Assembly (NCBI RefSeq): GCF_006345805.1
Contig: NC_043014.1
Span: 52,762,001 to 52,826,000 of the forward strand
Length of the DNA stretch: 64,000 nucleotides
Origin: Octopus sinensis
Taxonomy: Eukaryota
Direction of reading: 5' to 3'
Made by a program: the position numbers and the translations under genes. Positions 15,303-28,000 of the stretch are shown here, piece after piece (position 1 is the stretch's first letter; the number at the start of each line of letters is the position of its first letter). Under the pieces are notes generated by a model, which saw nothing but the letters and a program-made list of their open reading frames with translations, searched no databases and had not been told where the DNA came from.

Positions 15303-15360
<58 letters not shown>

Positions 15361-16050
15361 CATGCATGTATAGAAGATGGATGTTAAGTTATGACGACAT
15401 AAACTAATACAACACACACACACACTCACACATATACATATTTATAAACACATGAATGACATAAATACACATATTATAGATAGGTACACGGATAAACAGA
15501 CATATAAATAGTATATTTAAATGTATACAAAGACATAAAATGACAGTGTTTATAAGTGTGTGTGTGAGTATTTTATTCAAGGTACACATGTATACCTACA
15601 GTGTGAGCTGTTCCTGCATTTCACAGCCGTACAAGAAGACCCTTGCAGGTCCATGGCCCGCACTCGCTTTCCTTCAAGTTTTGAAAATTTGAAAATCTAG
15701 AGATAACAAGAGACGTGAATGAAATCAGAGAAGCAAGGATGGACAACACAGTACCATCCACTGAACAAGAGAGATATATATATATATATAAATATACATA
15801 CACACACATACATACATGTGTGTGTGTGTATGTATGTATATATATATACATACATGCGTGTATGCATACACATGTATGTATGAGTGTGTGTGTGTATGTA
15901 CAGATAGATTCCTAAGCTTATCACTTATTTTACAGTTTGTATTTGCTCTATTTGGTTTTGTTTTTGTCTGTTTTGTTTTTCTTTTTTACAAAATCCTTAT
16001 TTGACTGCTGGGTGAGTCCCCTTCTTCCACTCATTCACTCTTCTCTGCAC

Positions 16051-16211
16051 CTAATCAAAGCTGCCAAAACTGCCAAAACTGCCACAGCTGCCAAAGCTGC
16101 TCAGTGAACTGAGTGAGCTCCAACTGCCCCAACGGCCAAGACCCCAGCCGCCACCCCAGCCGCCCATCATACTCGTAGCTCCATGAGCAAGAAGCGCACC
16201 TCCAGCAACAC
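16051..16211 (-). CDS. PLEKHB: PLEKHB-like last coding exon (GVAGGALLAHG...GSFGSFGSFD*)
   Basis: tattatttcag|GT acceptor; TAG stop at 16053-16051. Confidence 0.88.
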
Positions 16212-19200
16212 CTGAAATAATACAATAGAATAGTAGCTGTAATAATAATGATAATAATAATAATGATAATAATGATAATAATGATAATAATAATAATAAT
16301 AATAATAATGATATGAACTGAGATTTATTTGAGAATGATGCCTGACTTAGCATCTCTGCAAAGAATGCAAAAGAGTGTTTGGGACATCACATACTGAGAA
16401 GAACATTGATTTTGTAAATGGTGCATTTATTTTCATAGCCTATCAATGTCTAGAGTGAGTTTCTTTGCCCTAGGTGACAGGAAGACGCTTGGCAAGAAAC
16501 GGAAACAAAATTGAAGGAAGAAGAAAAACAAATAATTTATGAATATTGCTGTAACTCTTCACGAAGGTAGAAAAGTGCCAAAATAATAGCGTTTGTTTAT
16601 TGAATGGATTGAATAATATTTCAACTGATCATTTGTCTTCTTCAGGTTCAAAATGTAAAATGAAAAAAATTACAGACACAGAAATTCAAAATCTAAACGA
16701 GGAAATCCTGCATTTCCTTTTCGATAAATGATATCAATTTTCACTTTCATAACTGGTGAAAAAGAATACTTATAATTAAGTCAAATCTGAAATCTCAGTT
16801 TTTGAGGATAAAACGGATTTGTCCTGATAAAAGAGATTACTGGAAACATGCAAATTCTTTTGTACGACATTATGACAAATAATGTTACAGTGAATCCCAA
16901 TTAAAGGGAATTGCTAATTTTAAGCTCTGTTATTTGCAAAGTCAAACTTTCACACATAATTTTAGTAAAATTTGTGATAAAATTCCCTTTAATCGTTAAC
17001 TAGCACCAAAATGTCGTTAGCATTTTAAAAGTGTTGCATGAGAGTTAACATGTTTCGGAAAAATATCTTCGTTTATACAAATATCCCCTCAGCTGCCTAT
17101 TGTAGCTTTTAGAAGCGATAAAAATATAAAAGAATTATTAACCATTACCTCTAACCCCAAGAAAACTACCATTAGAGTTTTTGAATGCTGCACCTTGAAA
17201 AACAGCCACAAGAGAGGTAAGCCCTGTTCATTGTGCAACAACATGAGCCATTTCAGTTGCATCACAAATCATAAAAGAAATGTTATGATTTATACAGAAA
17301 GTGGGATGTGTAGAGATTCGCATTTGGTATATGCAGCAGAATGCACTGAACACAATTTATGTTGGTTGAAAAACAGGATTAAACGAAAGATTCAATGGAC
17401 ACAGAGATGACGTCAGGCAGAGAGAGTAGTGGTAGGTGAACAGAACTTGCTGAACATCTTTAATTAAATGGCTGAAATTTTGAGGAACATCAGAAAGTTA
17501 CTCTACTACACTTTCAGTCCTCAAAGAGCATGAAGATAAATGTATTTGTGAATGACTAGCATCATGCCCCTGGAGGAATGAATAAAATGACAGATGAACT
17601 TCATCATATTTACACAAAACTGACAAAGTATGCTTTTTCCCGTTCATTCTTTTTTTTCTAGTTACCAGTTATGAGAGTGAAAACTGATGATGTAATCTGG
17701 TTTCTACAAATAGGTACCCTAACATAACATAGTCCAGTTACTGCACAATATGACTCTGTTGTATTAACTGGACCCTGGCCAATACATTAAACTGCATCTG
17801 ACAATGAAACTCCAACTTTGGAGAATTCAAGGAGTATAGCATTAACTCTGAGTCACCACTACTTTCAAGTCTGCTCTGGAAAGGGTTCCAGTTATAGGCC
17901 AAATAGCAGAAGATGGTCTGATGACCAAGACAGACTGGAGAGCTAGCATCATCATCGTTTAACGTCCCCTTTCCATGCTAGCATGGGTTGGACGATTTTG
18001 ATTGAGGGCTGGTGAACCAGATGCCTGCACCAGGCTCCAATCTTAATTTGGTAGAGTTTCTACAGCTGGATGCCCTTCCTAATGCCAACCACTCCGAGAG
18101 TGTAACCAGTCTCTAATATATAATTAACATGTGTAGAATGAACTTAAAGACTACCGAAGACCAGGGTAGTCTCCAAAGAATCTACTCCTATGCGAAGCAG
18201 CAGAAACTATCAACAACTACCAGGGGTCTTATCTCCTCAGCCGCCATCATAACTTCTGACAGCATAAAAGAAACAAATAAACAAACAGATCTTACCTAAA
18301 GCAATCTCTCCTATGTTACTCTTATTCTTTTCCTTAATGTGTACCACTTGAGGGCTTCCAGTGTTTCCATAGTAGGGACCCTGCTGAGGGTAATATCCAG
18401 GATAAGCTCCAGCATAACCAGGAGGTGGTGGTGGCACTTGACCATATGCGGCTGAAAAATGGAAAACAACATTGCATGTTAGATAATATTCCAAAGTTAT
18501 AACTACAACCCCCCCCACCTTTATAGCATATAACGAATAATATATATACATATATACAATGATACATAGAAATAGAGTACAATCTGGCAATTTCTGCCTG
18601 TTAGCATCTTGTTGCTGAGGCTGAGGGTGTCTTGGCATCACTCACCAAATCCTTTGTGAGCCGCTCTCCGGCTATCTATCTGCGGCTTTATATAGCTATG
18701 GTAAGACCTCGCCTGGAATTTGCATCACCGGTCTGGAACCCCTATCTTGCCCAGGACATCAATCGTCTGGAAGCTGTTCAGCGACGTGCAACCAAAAGAA
18801 TACCCTCCATCAGGCATTTGCCATATCCTGAACGCCTTACTTCCCTGGGCATGGACACATTGAAACTCCGACGTCTGGCAGCTGACTTGGCAGACACCCA
18901 TAAAATTATCAACCATCGCACAAACAATAACTCTGAGCACCTCTTCAAACTCCACCCATCTAACACCCGTGGACATATTTACAAAGTAAGAAAACAGCAC
19001 AGCTCCCATGACTTCAGGAAACATTTTTTCACACTGAGAGTTGCTGAAGCGTGGAACAAACTGCCGGCATCGGTTGTTAGTTGTCGGAGCACTGCATCCT
19101 TCAAAACTTCCATGCTTCCTGAGATTCGCCAACACTACACTTGATACACACACAAGCATGTTCACTTTCCAGACATTTCTACATTACTGCATGTACTTTA

Positions 19201-22200
19201 TATGCACTTTCTGACAAGTTGTGGTGCACCTGAGCACTGTATACAATAATTTCATTATATTATTAGTGAACCAATCTTCAAAATTTGCAGACATGTTGAC
19301 CTAATATCCAGTTCAATTATCGGGTAATTGGATTTCAATAAAAATCGATAACAGGCCCCCTACAGAGGTGGTGGGGTGCTATTATATGATAAAATGAAAA
19401 GGGTGCAAAAAGTGTTAGGTGAAGAGCCTGTTGAGGGAAATGTGGTGACATAATGAGGGTTGGCTGATATCAGCAAAGAGGAGGAGACTGAAAGAATGAG
19501 AGAGAGAGAGAGAGAGAGAGAGAATGTGTTTAGTGAAGGGGAGAGAGAGAGAGAGAATGTGTTTAGTGAAGGGGAGAGAGAGAGAGAGAGAATGAGTGAA
19601 GGAGAGAGAGAGAGAGAGAGAGAATGTGTTTAGTGAAGGGAGAGAGAGAGAGAGAGAATGTGTTTAGTGAAGGGGAGAGAGAGAGAGAGAATGTGTTTAG
19701 TGAAGGGGAGAGAGAGAGAGGGAATGTGTTTAGTGAAGGGGAGAGCAAATCTTAATACTTTGCTTCTTGAATTTTTACCTATCATTTAACACACACGCTT
19801 TAATGAATTAACTATCGTATTGGCATCAAAATCACATGGAAATGGTTCCTTTCCTCAGAAAAGGAAAAGTGATGACTGCTATTTCTAGCACACTCTGCTA
19901 CCATGTAATAGCTATTTGTGATAATGGTGGGTCCTTTATCACAAATAGCTGTTTTGTGGTAGCAGGGCATGCTGGAAATAGCAGCCAAATTTTTCCTTTT
20001 CTGAGGAAAGGAGCACAGTGCAGTTCAGTGGTGATGAGGAAGTTACTGGACGTTGGTAACGGCCCTCTGGTTGGTGAACAGGGTGGTCAGTTAGTTTGCC
20101 TTTTGGACACACTGTATCAGATATCAAGAACTAATGGCTACAATGTTTCCAAATCTGGGGTGGGAACATGTGCCATCTCAATGCCAAAGAATGTGGCAGT
20201 GGAAGATTTGAACCTCAACTCCTGGATCAGCTGCTTGGTGAACACTGCAGTTACAAATCAATTGACTCTGTGCTCAACTCCCAGGAAGTTTTGAACCATC
20301 CCACTGAAGTTTTGTCTTGTCTTGAGAGAGCATCCATCCGGGGTGGGTTGAGCTGGCTGAAGGTTTGAATAGCCTGGCATCGGCAAGCCTCCCACCTCAC
20401 AACTTGCACCTCAAGACCGGCACACCAGTGATGCTTTTAAGAAACGCAGACTCACTTAAACTTTGCAATGGCACACAACTTACAATCAAGAATATGATGC
20501 CAAGAATCGGCAATCCTAATCATTTATTTATTTATGCTCCAGAGTGCAAGACCAAAAATGTAGTATATCAAGAGGCTCTGCAAAATTGATAATAGTCAAC
20601 CATCAATCGCTTCATAGTCGCCCATGGTCAATCCTCTCATCCGTCCAACCATCCACCAAGCCAACTTGGATGATATTACCTTACCATTACAATCAATCAG
20701 TTTTATGATATTCAACTGTGTTACTTGCCACTATTTGTAAATCTATCCCACGTCAGCGTGAATTTGTAAATCTATTTCTGATTTAAACGGCAACTGAACA
20801 AGGAATGGGACAGGACATGAAACAGTGGAATGAGAATGGGAACTGAAAAATACCCCCCCCCCCCCGCTTTTCCAGGTAATTCATCTGGTACAATAATTAA
20901 TAGAAGATAATCTTTTCTTTGATTTCTTACACTTTAAAAAGATTCCAAGTCTGTAGAGGAGAAGTAGACTCGATCTCAGTGTATAACTGTTACTAATTTC
21001 CTTGACAGCCTCCACTCCCTCAGAGGAATGGATTGCAAAGACAATCACAGAATATGAACAGAGTGAAGAAAGAAAACAGTGAAAGGTAATTGTCAAACTC
21101 TTCACCATTTTTGCCATTTCTCAGAGAAGATTTTCTTTAGACAAAAGGGGTGATAGAGATTCTTAGGAGAAATACAAAAAGAGAAACGTTCAGAGCAACA
21201 CAGCAAGGAAGAGAAACTCTCTCACTGGAATTGAGTGGTTAGTAAAAGGAAGTGTATTCATCAGTTAAAAAAGAAAATAATCATCATCATTGATTAATAT
21301 CAAGCTTCCATGCTGGCAGGGGTTGGACAGTTACAGAGGATCTGGAAAGTCAAAGGACTGCACCATATTCCAGTATCAGCTTTGGTAAGGTTGTTATGGC
21401 TGGATGCCATTCCTAAGGCCAACCACTTCACACAGTTTTTTTTTATTATTATTCTATGGCATCAGCACTAGTGATGATTACCTTGTAACATGCAAGCAAG
21501 ACTAAGCCCTAAAATGGCCCCTAAACAAAGAAAAGAAAAAACATGCTCATGCTAGCATGAAAAATACGCAAGTGAAAAAAGAAAAGTGTATTACTTGTTG
21601 CAAATGGAAACAATGGCATAAAAATTGCTAACTTTTAAGGAATGAAAGGAAGTCGTTTCAGAAATGGTAGAAAGTCAGTGGAAAAAGAGAAAAGGATAAA
21701 AAAAATGAATGAAGAAATTCTTATGTCAGTGAGAAGCAAACAGGTGAAGACCCTTTTTTTGTTTTTTAACAGCAGGCGAGAGTCACAAGTAGAAAAGAGT
21801 CTGCAAGGTTAGTAATCAGAAAAGATCTAAGGGATAGAGAAAAAAAAAAAACAAAGAGAAAAAGGGTCAGGTGGTAAGATGGGAGAACAATTGTAAAAAA
21901 AGAGGAAAACTGGGAGGGGAAAAAGAAAGAAAGTAATGTTGGTTAGTGAAGATGGGTGGATGTGTTGCATTCATGTCTCACCTGCATTTGGTGGGTAGGC
22001 ATTAGTAGCCTGCTGAGGATAACCATAAGGTTGAGGGTAACCTGAAACGGAGGAGGATTCAGTTAAGAAAGAAAGAAAATAAAAAATGAAAGAAAAAGAA
22101 AACAGCAACAATTGCTTCTGATTGGTAAAGGTTGGTGCTATGTTTGTTGTTAAGATGGATGTAGTTTGAAGGGGTTTTAGTTGCTATTTCTAGCATATTG

Positions 22201-24842
22201 AGCAATTATTCACTTAACTAGAGAAGAATAAGAAAGACATGGGAAGAAGTAATGAAGGTGACCCCAGAATGAAGAGTTGACTAAGGACCAGGATCTCTGT
22301 TTAGATAAGGTTCTTGAAAAGACTTGTCTTCTTCAGTGAAACTGAGTCCAGGAAGGGCTGCTAGGTTTCATACCCTCCACCCATCTTACAATGACTCTCA
22401 CCATCTCTTATGCATTATGCCTGCCTCTTCTTCACTATTGGCTCCTGCAGACAACTGTACAATGTCATCTCCTGTCTGTCCCCACTGGCAATCGTATCAT
22501 CTTCTACTTATGCTGCTTACCCTCCACTCCACACCCTATTTTCTACATGCCTTTATCTTCCCCTACACACTGTTTTTGTTCATCCACCCTTCAGCCCAAC
22601 CCAATTTTGTAGTCTGCCCCCTATCCTCTCATCCGCCTTCCCATACAATCCTACAAACCAACCACCCACTTCTACTCCACTTGTGCCTTATGGGACTCTT
22701 GCAGCTCCTAATGATCATTTCTCTTTCTCCCCCCCACCCTTTTCACAACAAGATATGGGTAACCTGCTCTGTCCCGCCACACGTACACTTCTCATAGTAA
22801 TGCCTTCATCCCTTAGAATAATAATAAAGCTGACCCCACCCCAGGGTTTGTAGTCCTGCATAGCAACTGCAGTAGTGCAGCTGGCATGAAAAAAAGTACA
22901 CAGTCCACGCTGTAAAATGGCTGGCATCAAGAAGAATATCCAGTGCTAGAGACCCTGCCAAAGCAGACACTGGAGCTTAATCCAGTCCTTGGACACACTG
23001 GACCCTATCGAACCATCCAACTGAAGCCAGCATGAAACACAGATGTTAAACAATCATCATCATCTTTTTTACATCCTCTTTCCATTAGTTGGACACTTGA
23101 ACAGCATGAAGCATGTCAGGGACCATGTGGCCCACTTTTGACATGGTTTCTATGGCTAGCCATCCTTCCTAATGCCAACCACTTTACAGAATGTACTGAG
23201 GAGTTATTCCATGGCACCAGCACCAGTGAGGTTATTTTGTAATTTGTAAAACTCCTTTGACTGGGTGGGGGGTGGGGGAGATAGAGTGGTTGTTTTAAAC
23301 AAGGTGTTGAGAGGTAAAAGTATGCTGGCAGGAGAAGGAACAGGTTTATTGTTGTGAAGGAGATTCATGACTACCTCAAATGGGTGGATGAGGTAGGATG
23401 AAATGGTACCCCCAATAGAAGAAGTAAATATGGTGGTGAGGTTCCAGAACCCACTATCAAAGTAACATATTCAAGAAGAACCAGGGAGTTTGGGAAGTGA
23501 ATGAGAAATGGAAGGTGGAAATGGTCACTTCCATAAATAGAGAGAATGAATGTAGTGAAAAGAAAAGGTGAATAAGGGCAGTGATTGTAATTTCGAGTGG
23601 GGTAAGAGGGATGGATGCAGAAAGGAAAGCGAATGGTGACTGGCAGGAAAGAGATGAGAATATGTGATGTGGCAATGGGTTCTGCTTTCCTTATTTACAG
23701 CAGAAGAACAATACAGTACATAGGAGAGAGATGGAGGGATAAATGATAGGGAGATGAAAGATTAGGGTCAAAAGTTGTGGGTATAAAGCTGCAGCCATAT
23801 CTTCACTGGGTGAATACAATATTATTTCTAGTTATTTGTCCTGGCAGTAAATATTTCCTCAGACTTTGGTGAAGGATTAAAAAATACAACCAAAATATAT
23901 CTTGGTGCTGCCAAAGTTTTAATACTTTCCAATCTGTTTAGCTGCTACAGGGCTGTCCTTGTTGCCGTTCCTGAACACCAGATCATTCAGTCAGACACAG
24001 AATATTTAGAAGCACATTATAACAAAGAGTTGCTCATTTTCGGAAAATGGAAAAGTAGGAATTGAGGCAGATTTGATTCCTATTTCTTGGAAATCAAGCA
24101 CCCATATACAGGGTCGCTTGTTGATTCATTGTAAAGTGCTATGTTGTTGCTGTTTAGTCTCAACTCAACCCTGGGTAATGAAGGACTAAGATCAGAATCA
24201 TTGTTGCCATAACTGTCCAGTTAAGTTGCTTTTTTATCAATCTTAACAAATTGAGTCAAGAGCCACTGCGTGCCTCCTTTGTTTACGATGGAAGAGTGTG
24301 ATTTGAATGAATTTAGGCTGCTATTTTGAGCAAGTTAAACAACCATTAGAGACTGCTTATGGAGTGTCTATGGGGTTAATTGAGGACAAGGACAATTTCA
24401 TAGATTTCTTTTTCAAATGAAAACCTTCAAAAAGACAGGAGCATAAATACTTACCTGGTTGCTGAGGGTAATACGCTTGTTGTGGGTAGGCAGCTTGCTG
24501 AGGATAACCGGGGTAGGCAGCTTGCTGAGGATAACCAGGTTGTTGAGGGTAACTTGCCTGTTGTGGATAAGGTGCCTGTTGTGGGTATCTAGGTGCATGA
24601 GTAGAATAAGGATGGGGTGCATTTGCAGGGGGTGCAGATGGCACTAAAACAAGAAAATACATCAAGAGTAAACAATCAATTTTTTTTAAAAAAAGAACAC
24701 AGAAATAAATAACAAATTCACTTACATTCAATGTTCAGAAGCAGGGTAGCATACTGGGTAACATGTCATGAGTTTGTCTGTGTATATATACACACACACA
24801 CACACAGTTATATATATTGATGTTAAACGATGATGATGAGAG

Positions 24843-24878
<36 letters not shown>

Positions 24879-24897
24879 ATGTGTGTGTGTGTGTGTA

Positions 24898-24930
<33 letters not shown>

Positions 24931-24939
24931 ATATATATA

Positions 24940-25013
<74 letters not shown>

Positions 25014-28000
25014 GATCTGTATGTGTGTGTGCACAGGTGTGTTTAAACTTAGATGAATTTAGATGTGTCAAGGCCGACAGGGAGTGGTGCTTCCTAGGGC
25101 TAAATAGCAGTAGTATTCTTCCCTTTCTTGGGACTGTCACATTAAGTTGACAACATACCACCATTTGAATTTAGATAAGTTTTGCCTAAAAATTGGCCCA
25201 GGCCTTACCTATCTTAATAGCAGCACTTGATAGGATCTATTAAGTGTGGAACCATGGCCCATTCAAATAAGGAGCTGATGACTGTAGCCAAGTAGAGATG
25301 GATTGTCTCATATCACATGAAGAAATTTGTTAAGATATTGCTTGAAGTGGAATAGGATCTCTTTCTTCTTTGATTTGTTTTGAGACAATGTTAAATAGAG
25401 CAGGGCCTGTTGAGGAAAAGTAATTGGGTAGTAGGTGGGCTTATAGCATGAAATCCCAGTTTTGGATGAATTCTGAATTTGACATTAACCCTTTCGTTAC
25501 TGTATTTATTTTGAGATGCTCTGTGTTTCTTTCAATTACTTTAAATATAGCAAAGAATTTAGTAAAATAATTTGGTTATCATTAAGCTAGTATTAGGAAC
25601 ATAAATTTTAACCAAGATTTGGTGGAAGATTTGAATTCAAAACTTAGGAAAACAAAATATTTGTACTAAAGAGCCAGAGCCGGTTTCAGCCGGGTTGGTA
25701 ACAAAAGGGTTAAGGTCGTTTGGGCAATACTAAAGGTTACAATGTTTCAAAGTTGTCCCATCAATCAAGATCAGTCATTCCTTTTATGTTTTTTAGTGAT
25801 TGCTGCCTGGAGTAACTCAAATCGAGTAAAATTTTGTTTTGTATGGGGAGAGCACAGCTTCACTCACACTTCACACTCTCATACACACACTCACTCACAA
25901 AATCATTCACATCCATACCATCACTCACACTACTCTCACTCATAAGTGACCTTACCTGCATATCCAGCTCCTGCCATTACAGTACCAGCTTGGGTTGCCT
26001 GCACAGTTGGATACGGGGCTGAGACAGCTGCCGCCCTTGGCTGCTGGGATTTGCGAGGGGCTGGAGGGAGCTGAAACATTACAAAACTCACTGAATTAAT
26101 AAATTCACTCTCCCCACCAAACGTCCCTCCACCCTCTTAATTTCCCCACACATTCCTCTTCATCAACTCATTCTCCTCACTTTTTAGTCTACTCCCACCC
26201 AAACTCTTCACGGGTTGATTCTCACTTCCCTATTTCAAGGCTTCAACTATTTATTCATTTATTTATTAATAGACAGACAGACAGACATCTTTTATCTTTA
26301 GCTTGTTTCAGTGATTAGACTGCAGCACCAGCTTGAAGGGTTTTAGTCAAAGGAGTAGACCCCAGGACATTTGAAACCTGTTACTCATTCTATCAATCTC
26401 TTTTACTGAACGACAAAGGAATGGCAATGCAAACAAACCAACACTGGTTGTCAAGCAGGATTGGGAAACAAACAACAACAAATCCTATCAATAATATTCT
26501 GAAAGATTATTTGATTTTGATGTTCACCTTATTTTCTAAAGAGCTTATTTAAAATTGGATAAAAAGTCGTTGGACAAAAAAAACATCAGACAAAAACACA
26601 TCGGAAGAAAAGTCAGGTCACAATATATATATAGGAACAATAGAAGTTGAAAATGCACTGAGAATGGTTAAAAATGTTTATCATTATATCTAAAGATTTA
26701 ACTGGTTTCACAGATTACACTAATTATCAAAAAAATTGAAATAAAAAGACGTTTCTTATGATGCAGCTGTCTTGCTTCTGACTAGTGTTTGAAGTTTGCC
26801 CAATTTTTATAGGGAGTTCAGGGCTCAAATCATTATATGTTTTGAATAGGGTTTGATTGGTAGAGGATAGTCACATGACTGGTCTTAAAAAATTTTGTAG
26901 GCTCCCCACTACGTCTGTGTGTTAGTATCAAGTGATGATGTTTAGTGTCCTAAGTTAATGCTGACATGGTTGACTGAACTCCAAAAAATAAGCCTCCCAA
27001 ATTCCAAGTCTTCCCACTCTACCTATGTTCAGTGAATACCACAGATGAAGCATGGATAAACAAAGACAATACTTTCATACGAAAATAATAACTTCAACAG
27101 AACTCATTGTGCCGCTTAACATGAAGAAACTGCACAGCTAACAACCTAAACTTTAGTCACTGGACGCCATACAAACAACTCCTGTCCACTCTCCCACCAG
27201 ACAGGTTAAATTTGGAGTGCCTTGATTCCAACTAAACATGCTCACTCAACTTTGTGTCAGCCTTCATTTGAGGCACAAACTATACTGCCACATGACCCTA
27301 AGGCATGGTCATAGTGCAAAATGTAAAGAAGGTTCCAGGCTTAATTACACGTTCATTCTCTACAGACACTTGACAGAAAACATTCAGAGCACTGATTGTT
27401 TGCTACTGCCACTAGACTTGTTCAATCAACCATGTCAGTTTTAACTTACGACACCAAACAATGTCACTTGATACTAACACACGGACGTAGCAGGGAACCT
27501 ACAAAAATTTCTAAGACCAATCATGAGACTATCCTCTACCAGACAAACTCTATTTAAAACATGTACAGATTTGAGCCATGAACTCCCTACAAAAACTAGT
27601 TTCAAACTCTAGTCAGAAGCAAGACACTTGCCCATCTTTCTACTTCAGTTTTTGGAAAATCAGTGTAAATCATGAAACTGGTTAAATCTTTAAATATAAT
27701 AGAAAAAAATATTTTAACCATTCCCAGTGCATTTTTAACTTATATTTTTCCTATATTTCTACCCATGTGAAATAAAATAACTTTATTTTCTATATATTTA
27801 TGTATATACAGGCAAACCTCAGCTCAAGCCATTTCAATTTAAGTCATTCTGAAAATAATATCTGGATAAATAAAAATCAAGTGAAGTCATTTTACTCCAC
27901 TTTGTGTCTGTCTGCCACAAATATTAGAATCATAAAATCACTAAAAAACAGTTAGAAGCACATCAAATCATGTTATTGCACAATAAAAAAGAATAAAAGC

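Noticed and set aside
22014-22050. CTGAGGA...GAAAC hammerhead-like motif
   Set aside because: No convincing stem I or stem III could be built.
24728-25164. Short ORFs rich in YI/HT/CV/ER dipeptides here and across the window
   Set aside because: Translations of dinucleotide microsatellites.
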